NCBI GenBank assembly: GCA_963667175.2 | Contig: CAXXXF010000016.1 | Span: forward strand, 32,001-96,000 | Length of the DNA stretch: 64,000 bases | Direction of reading: 5' to 3' | DNA from: Candidatus Latescibacterota bacterium | Lineage (GTDB): Bacteria; Latescibacterota; UBA2968; GCA-2709665 | Shown here: positions 1 to 9,499 of the stretch, piece by piece | How positions within the stretch are numbered: the first letter of the stretch is position 1 | Layout of the letters: each line of letters starts with the position of its first letter | Notes under the pieces: model-generated | The model's database searches: none | Told to the model about the DNA's origin: nothing | What the model saw: only the letters and a program-made list of their open reading frames with translations | Translations under genes and position numbers: made by a program

Positions 1-98
1 CACTATGACTCGGCCTTGCCTGCAGAGCGACTTTTCCAACGGACTGCCAAAAGTCGGCGAAGTCCATTTGCCGCACTTGCGCCGGGACCTTCCGGGAG

Positions 99-914
99 CT
101 ACAGGCCCCGGATGGCGTCATATAGAGACAGTACGAAACCGGCTCCGGTGATCAGGAGGAGGAGCAACGCAACCACGACGGTGAGGCGGCCTTCACGCCA
201 GCGAGCACTCGACACCAGGAGTCGCGACGCGATCCATCCCCCGGCGAATCCACCGAAGTGGGCCCAGTTGTTGACGCCCTGCATGAGAAAGCCCAAAATG
301 AAGAGCATGATCGCCCATTGCCACACCTGACGCGTCATCAGCGACGCGAGATTGGTCTTCTGGCTGCGGCCGTAGACGATGAGCGCGGCCAGAAGTCCGA
401 AGATCGAACCGGAGGCGCCCAGCGTGGGGTTGCCGGATCCGGCGTTGGACAGGAGAAAGCCAACGACGCCGCCCGTTGTAAAGATGATGAAATACCGTGC
501 CGGACCGTAGAGATTGCCGACTTCCGGGCCCAGTTGCCGGATCCAGAGCACATTGAAGAGGATGTGGAACAACCCGCCGTGCAGGTAAATGGCCGTGAAC
601 AGGGTCCACCACGGGCCGTTGCCGTAGGTCATGCCCAGGGCGACCATTGGAAACTGACCGGGCGAAAGCATGTTGAAAAAGCCGCCCCTCAGTGTCAGGG
701 CCGCGTCCAGGTCCAGGAGCAGGCTGAGCACGTAGAGGACGATACACGCCGTGGGAATCAGGGTCAGAACGTCGATTTTCGAACCAAAGAGCCGGCTCAG
801 GGCCGGACCGAGTCCCCACAGACCCGGTCGGTAGGCGCCGCAGTACGGGCATTTCTTTTCTTCTGTGCTGATGAGGTTTCGGCAGTCCGGACAGACCATC
901 GACGTAGGCGGCAT
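99..914 (-). CDS. Rhomboid family intramembrane serine protease with N-terminal zinc-ribbon
   Basis: GASG catalytic Ser motif, HxxxN (HILFN), catalytic AHFGG; N-terminal CPDC...CPYC. Confidence 0.9.
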   Translation of the reverse strand: MPPTSMVCPDCRNLISTEEKKCPYCGAYRPGLWGLGPALSRLFGSKIDVLTLIPTACIVLYVLSLLLDLDAALTLRGGFFNMLSPGQFPMVALGMTYGNGPWWTLFTAIYLHGGLFHILFNVLWIRQLGPEVGNLYGPARYFIIFTTGGVVGFLLSNAGSGNPTLGASGSIFGLLAALIVYGRSQKTNLASLMTRQVWQWAIMLFILGFLMQGVNNWAHFGGFAGGWIASRLLVSSARWREGRLTVVVALLLLLITGAGFVLSLYDAIRGL

Positions 915-1034
915 TTTGTCCCTCGCCAGGAAAGATCGACTACAGTCACAGGGTGAGAACGCGGCGTTGCGTTTCTCAAAACCTTCGTCGCGTACAGCGT
1001 TCCCATTTCGACGTCGCCGCGCCGAAGGGTTCCC

Positions 1035-2216
1035 TCAGGTGTCACCGGGGGTTGCGCCGGAACGGCGGAATCCGGTGGAACCATTGAGCCCCCATTGATC
1101 GAGAATCAGCGACAGCCCCGCCAGAAACCGCTCCATATCTGTTTCCGACGTGTGTCCCATCGCGGCGATCCGGATGGCCTTCTCCCGCATCGGGCCGTAC
1201 CCCGGCGCGACCTGGACGTTCAGAAGGCGCTTCGCCGCGTGAGCGACTTCCGACGCCGGGACGGATTCGGGCATCAGGATGGCGGTGACCGTGGGGCTGT
1301 AGAATCCCGGTTGCGCGAGCAGGTCCAGGCCGTGTTTTCCTGCCCAATCCCGCTGCATCGTCGCGAGGTTCCGGTGCCTTTCGAAACGGGCTTTTCCTTC
1401 GTCCAGCATCTCCTCCAGACGGGCGACCAGGCACTGTAACATGAGGTCGGAAACGGTCACCGGCGTTTGCGCGGTTTCGGCGCGGGATTGCCACTCGATC
1501 AGGTCCAGCACGTACCCGCGTCGTTTCGTGCGGCGTGCGGCCTGGAACGCGCGGTCCGAGACGATCATCACCGAACCGATGGCGGGTATCGCGAAGTCCT
1601 TCTGAAGGCTCCAAAGATAATAGTCCGGCCGCAATGCGCCAATGTCCAACTCGACCGCCCCGGCGATACTCACCCCGTCGACGGCGATTAACGTCTCCGG
1701 CGCGTACCTCTGCGCGTCCTCGCAGAGGGTATCGAGGGGCAGCGCAACCCCGGTCGCGGTTTCGTTGTGTGTCAGCAGCGCAACGGAGTAGCCGCGCCGC
1801 ATCGCCTCCCGCCACGTATTGGATCCGATTCCGTGCCCCCACGGAGTCTTCAGCACGTCGACGGTTCGGTCGAGCCGCATGAACACACCCGCCCAGCGGG
1901 CGGAAAATGCGCCTATGTCGAGACCCAGGGCGCGATACGCGGGCGGTGTGTTGACCGCGACCATCTCCCAGTTGTAGCTGGCGGCGTGTCCGAACACGAG
2001 AGGCGTGAATGTTTCGGGAACGTGGAATGCTTCGCGCAGAAGATCCACCGCACGGACGTATACGGACTTGAAGTCGGTTGAACGGTGGGAAAACGTCGCC
2101 CGGTAGTTCCTCAGGACCCGCTCGACCGCAGGCGTGAGGGCGTGCGGCCCCGGGGTCCAGAGGGCGGTGTCCGGCAGGCGAAGGCAACTGAATTCGTCGC
2201 GCGTATCGGCTTTCAT
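1035..2216 (-). CDS. PLP-dependent class V aminotransferase (serine-pyruvate/alanine-glyoxylate type)
   Basis: TPGP, THNETATGV, VDGVS, SLQK (PLP Lys), IRIAAMG. Start moved to ATG 2216 because the longer ORF runs through the tRNA. Confidence 0.85.
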   Translation of the reverse strand: MKADTRDEFSCLRLPDTALWTPGPHALTPAVERVLRNYRATFSHRSTDFKSVYVRAVDLLREAFHVPETFTPLVFGHAASYNWEMVAVNTPPAYRALGLDIGAFSARWAGVFMRLDRTVDVLKTPWGHGIGSNTWREAMRRGYSVALLTHNETATGVALPLDTLCEDAQRYAPETLIAVDGVSIAGAVELDIGALRPDYYLWSLQKDFAIPAIGSVMIVSDRAFQAARRTKRRGYVLDLIEWQSRAETAQTPVTVSDLMLQCLVARLEEMLDEGKARFERHRNLATMQRDWAGKHGLDLLAQPGFYSPTVTAILMPESVPASEVAHAAKRLLNVQVAPGYGPMREKAIRIAAMGHTSETDMERFLAGLSLILDQWGLNGSTGFRRSGATPGDT

Positions 2217-2311
2217 CGGGGCGCCTCGGACAACGAATCTCTTGGGTGGCCGACACAAAATAAGAGCGCCCGCTAAACGGGCAGGTTTAACGGGCTTTCG
2301 CGTACAGGAAA

Positions 2312-2386
2312 TGGAGCGGGAAACGGGACTCGAACCCGCGACCCCAACCTTGGCAAGGTTGTGCTCTACCACTGAGCTATTCCCGC
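2312..2386 (-). tRNA. tRNA-Gly(GCC)
   Basis: Reverse complement reads GCGGGAATAGCTCAGTGGTAGAGCACAACCTTGCCAAGGTTGGGGTCGCGGGTTCGAGTCCCGTTTCCCGCTCCA, with encoded CCA. Confidence 0.98.
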
Positions 2387-2418
2387 TCCCAATCATCTGA
2401 GACGTCAGGCGGAGTGAA

Positions 2419-2447
2419 AAATTAAGCAAAGGACTGCCGGATGTCAA
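2419..2447 (-). promoter_or_regulatory. Putative sigma70 promoter for tRNA-Gly
   Basis: TTGACA-17 nt-TAATTT on the minus strand. Confidence 0.5.
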
Positions 2448-2583
2448 GGCATAATGCGTACACTGGGCGCCCGGACCGAACGGGTATCGGGCTCGGAAAG
2501 CACCTCCTGTACACAAGCAATCGAATCGTCGTCGTCGGAGGCAGAGACAGCCAGGTGTAACGCGTGATGAACACGCGTTTGAG

Positions 2584-2612
2584 TTGACTTTCACGCTAAC
2601 GAGGCGCATATT
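2584..2612 (+). promoter_or_regulatory. Putative sigma70 promoter for the hydantoinase pair
   Basis: TTGACT-17 nt-CATATT. Confidence 0.4.
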
Positions 2613-2728
2613 TACGATCCGCCAGGCAGGGGTCCCCGCCCGCGTCGAATGAATGGATTGGCGCGTCGCCGGATTCGTGCCGACTGGTACTGCGATTGCC
2701 GTGGTTGGTCTGAATGGAGCGAGGTGGA

Positions 2729-4816
2729 ATGGTCGAAGAGCGGTACGTCCTGGCAATTGACATCGGCGGCACGTTCACGGATCTCGTTCTTCTGGAACGC
2801 CGAAGCGGTCGGCAGGCGGTTGCCAAGGTGCCTACGACCTATCCGGACCCTTCCGATGCCGTGCTGAACGGGATCGACTCGGTACTGGATTCCAATAACG
2901 TAGAGGCCGTTCAACGCGTCATTCATGGAACGACGCTGGTGACCAATACGCTGATCGAACGCAAAGGCGCCCGAACCGGGCTTGTCACCACGGCCGGATT
3001 CCGGGACGCACTGGAAATCGGGAGGGAAGGTCGGTACGACATTTACGATCTAGGGCTGGAATTGCCCGAACCGCTGGTGGAACGCAGATTGCGATTCGGC
3101 GCGCCCGAGCGGATGAACGTCAGGGGAGACGTGATGAAGCCTCTGGATGAGGCGTCAATACACGACGCGTGCAGGTTGTTTCTGGATGAATGCGTCGAGG
3201 CGGTTGCCATCTGTTTTCTGCATGCGTACGCCAATCCGGAACACGAGCGGCAGGCGGCGCGGATTGTCCGGGATTCGATGCCCGAGGCTGCGGTCTCGGT
3301 CTCACACCAGGTGTCGCCCGAATTGAGGGAATACGACCGGACGTCCACGACCGTTGCCAACGCTTACGTTCAACCGCTTGCCCGGCGGTACCTGGCGGGA
3401 TTGTCCGAAGGCCTGGCGTCGAAGGGAATCGTCGCTCCACTGCATATCATGTTGTCCAACGGCGGGGTCTGTTCAGCGGAGACCGCCGCTGCCTTTCCGG
3501 TACGTCTCGTGGAATCCGGTCCGAGCGGCGGCGCGTTGTCCGCCGCCTATTGGGCGCGCCGCTCGGACCGACAGGACGTGCTTGCGTTTGATATGGGCGG
3601 AACCACGGCAAAGGCCGTGCTCAGCAGCGACGGCGGGTTTCCGGTCACCAACGAATCCGAGGTTGCGCGCGTCTATCGCTTCAAGCGCGGCAGCGGGTTG
3701 CCGCTCCTCGTGCCGGTGCTGGACATGATCGAGATTGGCGCGGGCGGCGGCAGTATCGCGCATATCAACCGGATGGGCCTGCCGGCGGTCGGTCCCGAAA
3801 GCGCGGGATCGGTTCCCGGCCCTGCCTGCTACGCAAACGGCGGCGAAGCGGCCACCGTCACGGATGCCGATCTGTTGCTGGGCCTGCTGGATCCCGAATA
3901 TTTCCTGGGTGGAGAGATGGCGCTGGACGTGGACCGCGCCCGGCGCGCCGTTCAACGGCTGTCAGTGCGACTTGGCATGGACGTGAATCGGATGGCCTGG
4001 GGCATCCACAGAATGGTGAATGAGAATATGGCCAATGCCGCACGGGTTCACGCGGCCGAGCGGGGAACCGATATCCGGGGCTATGCGATGGTGGCCACCG
4101 GGGGCGCGGGACCGGTACACGCGTGCGGCGTCGCCGAACGGCTGGGCATCGCCACCGTGATCGTGCCGCCCGCAGCTGGCGTGAGCTCGGCATTCGGTCT
4201 GATGCTGGCTCCGATTTCATTCGACTTCGCGAGGAGTTACGTCTCGCGGCTCGTTGCGCTGGATTACGTGCGGCTGAACGGCCTGTTCGAAGAGATGGAA
4301 AACGAAGGCGAGGGCGTCTTGCGAGAGGCCGGCGTGGCCCCCGCTGAGATGCGGATTGAGCGCACTGCCGACATGCGCTACGTGGGACAGGGCCACGAAA
4401 TCCGAATCCCGATTCCGCCCGGCAGGTTGGATTCCGATCGGCTGGACGAGATTCGCGCGGGTTTCGAAACGGAATACACACGTAAATATACACGCACCTG
4501 CGAAGGCGTTGAAATCGAGTCCGTCCACTGGCGGGTCCGGATGTCTGCGCCGGAACCCGATCCGGGCGACGTTGAGACCGGCCCCGTGGCGGCCGATGAC
4601 GCGAACAAGGCCGTTCGCGGCGTTTTGTTCAACGCGGAGCAGGCGCCCGAAGAGACGCCGGTGTTCGACCGGTACCGGCTCGCGGCAGGTTTCTGCGCGG
4701 CGGGTCCCGCAATCGTGGAAGAAGCCGAGTCGACGGCCGTCGTGCCTCGCGGCTGGGTGATCAGCGTGGAAGATTGCGGCAACCTGATTCTTACGCGCCG
4801 GGAGGGTTCGCGATGA
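2729..4816 (+). CDS. Hydantoinase/oxoprolinase subunit A (N-methylhydantoinase A-like)
   Basis: IDIGGTFTD, HGTTLVTN, ESGPSGG, DMGGTT, GAGGGS, ADMRYVGQGHE. Confidence 0.92.
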   Translation: MVEERYVLAIDIGGTFTDLVLLERRSGRQAVAKVPTTYPDPSDAVLNGIDSVLDSNNVEAVQRVIHGTTLVTNTLIERKGARTGLVTTAGFRDALEIGREGRYDIYDLGLELPEPLVERRLRFGAPERMNVRGDVMKPLDEASIHDACRLFLDECVEAVAICFLHAYANPEHERQAARIVRDSMPEAAVSVSHQVSPELREYDRTSTTVANAYVQPLARRYLAGLSEGLASKGIVAPLHIMLSNGGVCSAETAAAFPVRLVESGPSGGALSAAYWARRSDRQDVLAFDMGGTTAKAVLSSDGGFPVTNESEVARVYRFKRGSGLPLLVPVLDMIEIGAGGGSIAHINRMGLPAVGPESAGSVPGPACYANGGEAATVTDADLLLGLLDPEYFLGGEMALDVDRARRAVQRLSVRLGMDVNRMAWGIHRMVNENMANAARVHAAERGTDIRGYAMVATGGAGPVHACGVAERLGIATVIVPPAAGVSSAFGLMLAPISFDFARSYVSRLVALDYVRLNGLFEEMENEGEGVLREAGVAPAEMRIERTADMRYVGQGHEIRIPIPPGRLDSDRLDEIRAGFETEYTRKYTRTCEGVEIESVHWRVRMSAPEPDPGDVETGPVAADDANKAVRGVLFNAEQAPEETPVFDRYRLAAGFCAAGPAIVEEAESTAVVPRGWVISVEDCGNLILTRREGSR

Positions 4817-6549
4817 AGTCTGCGGAAGAGCTGGATGCAGTCCTCCTGGAGGTGTTGTGGAACCGGCTCATCTCCATCGTAAACGAACAGGCCGCGGCAT
4901 TGATGCACGCTTCGTTTACAACCGTGGTGCGGGAAGCCGGCGACCTTTCCGCGGGCATTTTCAACCGTGGCGGTCATATGGTCGCGCAGGCGGTAACGGG
5001 CACGCCGGGTCACATCAACACGATGGCGACATGCGTCCGTCATTTCGCGAGAGCCCATCCAATAGACAGTCTGAAGCCGGGCGACAGCCTGCTCACCAAC
5101 GATCCATGGCTGGGGTCGGGGCATTTGCACGACGTCACCGTGGTCACTCCCGTCTTCCATAGAGAAAAGGCCGTGGGCTGGTTCGCCAATACGTGTCACG
5201 CCATGGATATCGGCGGACGGACGCTTGGCGCCGACGCGCGCGAGGTCTTTGAGGAAGGCCTCCATATACCCATCATGTTCCTGTTCCGTGGGGGCTCGGT
5301 CAATCGCGATTTAATGGAAATCGTACGGGCAAACGTCCGCACGCCGGATGCCGTTGTTGGAGACCTCTACGCGCAGCAGGCAGGAAACGACGTGGGCGCC
5401 GCCAAGCTCTCGGAAATGATGACGGAATACGAAATGGAGGACATCGAGTCGCTCGCGTCACTGATACTGGACCGTTCGGAAGCCGCCACGCGCGATGCGA
5501 TCGCGGAGATTCCCAACGGCACGTACCGGGATGAAGTCGTCATCGACGGCTTCGATCATCCGCTGAAGATCGAGGTATCCATCGGTGTACGGGACCGGGA
5601 GCTTGTGGTGGACTACGACGGCACGTCGCAGCAGGTGGACCGCGGCATCAACGTAGTCTACAATTATACACACGCCTATACAACCTATCCGCTCGCGTGT
5701 TCAATCAGTCCCTCCGTTCCGAATAACGCCGGCAGTTTCCGACCCGTCACGGTGACGGCCCCGGAGGGCAGCGTACTCAATGCCAGGTTTCCATGCGCCG
5801 TCGGCGCCCGGCACCTGATCGGGCACTTTCTCTCCCAGGCGGTATTCGGCGCGTTGTCCGGCGCCATTCCCGAGCGGGTGCTCGCGGACGGTTCGGCCGG
5901 GCTCTGGAACACGCAGCTGGAGGGCCACGACCGGGACGGACGCGTGTTTTCCTACGTCTTTTTTTCCGCCGGCGGCATGGGCGCGAGGCATGCCGCGGAC
6001 GGGTTATCCGCCACGGCCTTTCCCAGCGGCATCAAGGGAGTTCCCGCCGAGGCGATCGAGGCGGTGTCACCTGTACTGATGCTGAAGCGGGAGCTGCGTC
6101 CGGATTCCGGCGGCGCGGGCAAGTACCGCGGCGGTCTGGGGCAGGAGATGGTGCTGAGCATGGATACGGACACGGCCGTGTTGCATTCGTGTATGTATGA
6201 CCGCACGAAGAGCCCGGCGCGCGGTTTCCGGGGGGGAGGCAACGGCGCCGTTGGCGCGGTGATCCTTTCGGACGGGTCCCGGCCGCATCCGAAGGGAAAA
6301 TACGAACTGAAGCCTGGACAGACCGTCACGCTCAGGCTTCCGGGCGGGGGCGGTTTCTTCTCTCCCATGGCACGCGATCCGAAGCGGGTGCTGAACGACG
6401 TACGACAGGGGCGGGTGTCTCCGGAAGCGGCCCGAGAGGTGTACGGGGTGGTTGTGGACAGCCTGACCCGAGAGGTGGACGCCGCCGCGACCGAAGCGGT
6501 CAGGGATGCCTCCGCCGGCCCGGAGGACACAACGGGTTCCGCGCCGTGA
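4813..6549 (+). CDS. Hydantoinase B/oxoprolinase subunit (N-methylhydantoinase B-like)
   Basis: TNDPWLGSGHLHD, HAMDIGG, DSGGAGKYRGGLG, PGGGGF; ATGA overlap with the upstream gene. Confidence 0.92.
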   Translation: MKSAEELDAVLLEVLWNRLISIVNEQAAALMHASFTTVVREAGDLSAGIFNRGGHMVAQAVTGTPGHINTMATCVRHFARAHPIDSLKPGDSLLTNDPWLGSGHLHDVTVVTPVFHREKAVGWFANTCHAMDIGGRTLGADAREVFEEGLHIPIMFLFRGGSVNRDLMEIVRANVRTPDAVVGDLYAQQAGNDVGAAKLSEMMTEYEMEDIESLASLILDRSEAATRDAIAEIPNGTYRDEVVIDGFDHPLKIEVSIGVRDRELVVDYDGTSQQVDRGINVVYNYTHAYTTYPLACSISPSVPNNAGSFRPVTVTAPEGSVLNARFPCAVGARHLIGHFLSQAVFGALSGAIPERVLADGSAGLWNTQLEGHDRDGRVFSYVFFSAGGMGARHAADGLSATAFPSGIKGVPAEAIEAVSPVLMLKRELRPDSGGAGKYRGGLGQEMVLSMDTDTAVLHSCMYDRTKSPARGFRGGGNGAVGAVILSDGSRPHPKGKYELKPGQTVTLRLPGGGGFFSPMARDPKRVLNDVRQGRVSPEAAREVYGVVVDSLTREVDAAATEAVRDASAGPEDTTGSAP

Positions 6550-6641
6550 TTCGGGGCGCCGGGATGCGCTGTTGCATTTGATCGGAACTTTAAAATATCC
6601 CTCAAAGTGATTGGAAGAAAACTGGTTATATAGGGAATTCA

Positions 6642-8036
6642 ATGGGAAGACGTGAAACCGCCGACGGCTACCGGGGGATCTGGTGGTGGGACACGCCCGC
6701 GGACAACGAGTACAAATTCGTCTACTACAGTGGAGGATTCGCGACGTATACCGCGAAACACATTCCGCTGGCCTATTATTCCGATACCGCGCATAAGACG
6801 TTTTTCTGCTACGGGGGGACGTACAGGGACAGGAACCGGATTCTGGCGATGGTCTCCTATTACGATCACGCCACGGGGACGGTTCCACGGCCGACCATCC
6901 TGATGGACAAGGGCACGGCGGACGCGCACGACAACCCCGTGCTGATGCTTGACGACAAGGGTTACATCTGGGTCTTCGTCAGCGCACACGGCACCGTAAG
7001 ACCGGCGTATATTTTCAAGAGTGAAGAACCCTATTCCGTGGATGCATTCCAATGCGTGCAGAGGACGAATTTCTCTTACCCTCAGCCGTGGCATATTCAC
7101 GGCCGGGGATTCCTGTTTCTGCACACCCGTTACCTTGGCGGTCGATACCTCTACACGCAAACCAGCCTGGATGGGGCGAACTGGTCCGAACCCAGGGCGC
7201 TATCGAAAATCCGTCATGGGCACTACCAGGTCAGCTGGCGCGCCGGCAAGCGGGTCGGCACCGCGTTCAACCACCATCCGGTCAGGATGCCGGGTCCACC
7301 CCGAACCAACCTGTATTACCTGCAGACCGACGATTTCGGTGAAACCTGGAAAAACGCCGGGGGTGAGCGGATGGACCTCCCCCTGGAATGTCCCCGCAAC
7401 GGCGCAATTGTTCACGACTGCGAGCGAGAGGACCTGCAGGTTTTCGTCAAGGACCTGAATTTCGACGCTCATGGCCATCCCGTCATCCTGTTTCTGACCA
7501 GCCGGGGGATGGAGACCGGCCCCGAGAACGACCCGCGCGTCTGGATGACGATGCGGTGGACGGGCGATGCCTGGATGAAACGCGAGGCATTCCGGTCTGA
7601 CAATAACTACGACGCCGGGGGACTGCACGTCGAAACGGATGGTACGTGGCGGATTATTGCGCCGACGGAGACAGGGCCGCAGCCTTACAATACCGGCGGT
7701 GAGGTGGCGGTGTGGATCAGCGGCAATGAAGGCGACACGTGGGAGAAGATCCGGCTGGCAACGGGGAACAGCAGGTACAATCACACCTATGTGCGCCGGC
7801 CGGTAAACGCCCACCCGGAATTCTATGCCTTCTGGGCGGATGGACACGCGCGGCAGCAGTCGGAATCCCGCCTGTATTTCTGCAACAGCACGGGCGAGCA
7901 CGTCTTCCGGCTGCCGTCTCTGATGTCGGGGGACCACCAGAAACCCGGGAGGGTGGTCGCACTCACGGACGCGGAGGCTCCCGAAAACGCCGACGAAGCG
8001 GGCTCCGGTCGATACACCGGAAAGGCGGAACGATGA
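6642..8036 (+). CDS. BNR_4 (Asp-box) repeat beta-propeller protein
   Basis: DAHDNP, FSYPQPW and Asp-box-like repeats SLDGANWS, TDDFGETW, SGNEGDTW; no signal peptide. Confidence 0.75.
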   Translation: MGRRETADGYRGIWWWDTPADNEYKFVYYSGGFATYTAKHIPLAYYSDTAHKTFFCYGGTYRDRNRILAMVSYYDHATGTVPRPTILMDKGTADAHDNPVLMLDDKGYIWVFVSAHGTVRPAYIFKSEEPYSVDAFQCVQRTNFSYPQPWHIHGRGFLFLHTRYLGGRYLYTQTSLDGANWSEPRALSKIRHGHYQVSWRAGKRVGTAFNHHPVRMPGPPRTNLYYLQTDDFGETWKNAGGERMDLPLECPRNGAIVHDCEREDLQVFVKDLNFDAHGHPVILFLTSRGMETGPENDPRVWMTMRWTGDAWMKREAFRSDNNYDAGGLHVETDGTWRIIAPTETGPQPYNTGGEVAVWISGNEGDTWEKIRLATGNSRYNHTYVRRPVNAHPEFYAFWADGHARQQSESRLYFCNSTGEHVFRLPSLMSGDHQKPGRVVALTDAEAPENADEAGSGRYTGKAER

Positions 8037-8905
8037 GAGGCATCATTCTGTCGGGCGGTCTGGGTACCCGGCTGTACCCTCTTACGGTCTCGATTTCAAA
8101 GCAGATTATGCCCATCTTCGACAAACCGATGATCTATTATCCGCTTTCGGTTCTGATGCTGGCCAATATCCGTGAATTCCTGATCATATCATCCCCTGAG
8201 CATATCGAGCTCTACCGGAATCTGCTCGGAGACGGCAGCCGGCTGGGTCTCCGGTTCGACTACGCGATCCAACCCCGCCCGGAGGGCGTTGCGCAATCCT
8301 TCATTATCGGCGAGGAATTCATCGACGGCGAACCTTGCGCGCTCATTTTCGGAGACAATTTCTTCTACGGCCACGGTCTATCGGGATTGCTGGAGCTTGC
8401 GGGCAAACACGAAGAGGGCGGGCTGGTCTTCGCGTATTACGTGCAGGACCCGGAGAGATACGGTGTGGTTGAGTTCGATGAACGCATGAACGTGGTGGGC
8501 ATCGAAGAAAAGCCGAAACGACCCAGGTCGAATTATGCGGTTACCGGACTTTATTTCTACGACGGAAGCGTGGTCGAGACTGCGAAGCGTCTGAAGCCGT
8601 CGGACCGGGGGGAACTGGAAATTACCGATTTGAACAACGAGTACCTCAGACGGGACAAGCTGCGGGTTCAGTTGCTGGGGAGGGGAATTGCCTATCTCGA
8701 CACGGGAACCCACGAGAGCCTGCTGGAAGCGAGCAACTTTGTACAGATTGTCGAAAACCGGCAGGGGCTGAAAATCGCGTGCCTGGAGGAAATCGCGTTT
8801 CGTAAAGGGTACATCGGCGCGCAGCAGCTTGAGGACGTCGCGAACTATTCGGAAGAAAACGAGTATTGTCAGTATCTGAAACGATTGCTGGCGTCCGGGA
8901 CCTGA
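8033..8905 (+). CDS. rfbA: Glucose-1-phosphate thymidylyltransferase
   Basis: MRGIILSGGLGTRLYP, DKPMIYYPLS, EEKP, RGELEITD, LDTGTHESL; ATG 8033 overlaps the previous stop. Confidence 0.95.
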   Translation: MRGIILSGGLGTRLYPLTVSISKQIMPIFDKPMIYYPLSVLMLANIREFLIISSPEHIELYRNLLGDGSRLGLRFDYAIQPRPEGVAQSFIIGEEFIDGEPCALIFGDNFFYGHGLSGLLELAGKHEEGGLVFAYYVQDPERYGVVEFDERMNVVGIEEKPKRPRSNYAVTGLYFYDGSVVETAKRLKPSDRGELEITDLNNEYLRRDKLRVQLLGRGIAYLDTGTHESLLEASNFVQIVENRQGLKIACLEEIAFRKGYIGAQQLEDVANYSEENEYCQYLKRLLASGT

Positions 8906-9103
8906 CGGGCCGCAGGCCGCGGCAACGGCCTTGAACCGACCGACGCGTCACGTTGGGACGACAATTTTCGGATCGCTGGTACCATTGCCGCTGAAACATC
9001 CGGGCTTCCACCGTCCCCCGGGATCCTGGAGCCTCCCGACGAGGACCGGCCGAGGGGGATGCGCGGCGACACCGTTTTGCGCAAGACTCATGAAAGGCTC
9101 CCC

Positions 9104-9442
9104 ATGTCGAGGATGTTCTGCATCCTGTTTGTTCTGGTGTCGTTTGTTCACTGCGGAGACGCCCCGTTGGCGCCTGATGAGGCAATTATCGGTACGTGGA
9201 AACTGACGCTCGCGAGGAACGAATCCGTAACCGTGAATTACATGCTGACCTTTGAGAGTAACGGGAATTATACGTTCATCAATACGATTTTCGACGGGAG
9301 TCAGATCACGACCACCGGGATCTGGCGAATCCAGAATAACACACTGTTCCTCGATACCCTGGATTTCGGATTCTCGATTGAAGAGGACGTACTTACGCTG
9401 TATGCGATAGACGGCACGGTATTCGTCTATACGAAGCAGTAG
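9104..9442 (+). CDS. Small lipocalin-like putative lipoprotein
   Basis: Hydrophobic signal ending FVHC, then IIGTWKL ... GIW ... LTL ... YTK. Confidence 0.6.
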   Translation: MSRMFCILFVLVSFVHCGDAPLAPDEAIIGTWKLTLARNESVTVNYMLTFESNGNYTFINTIFDGSQITTTGIWRIQNNTLFLDTLDFGFSIEEDVLTLYAIDGTVFVYTKQ

Positions 9443-9499
9443 TGCCCTTGGGGACCTCCGTTTCATGGTTCAGAACACCGTATTCCTCCCGGAGAGGCC

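Noticed and set aside
2217-2756. N-terminal extension of the 573-aa ORF 1035..2756
   Set aside because: It runs through the tRNA-Gly gene and its promoter; the aminotransferase begins at ATG 2216
9440-9480. TAGTGCCC...CAGAACACC at a stop codon, resembling the ends of the CTAG MITE
   Set aside because: Only 8-9 bp matches and no internal homology; could be a remnant but is not supportable
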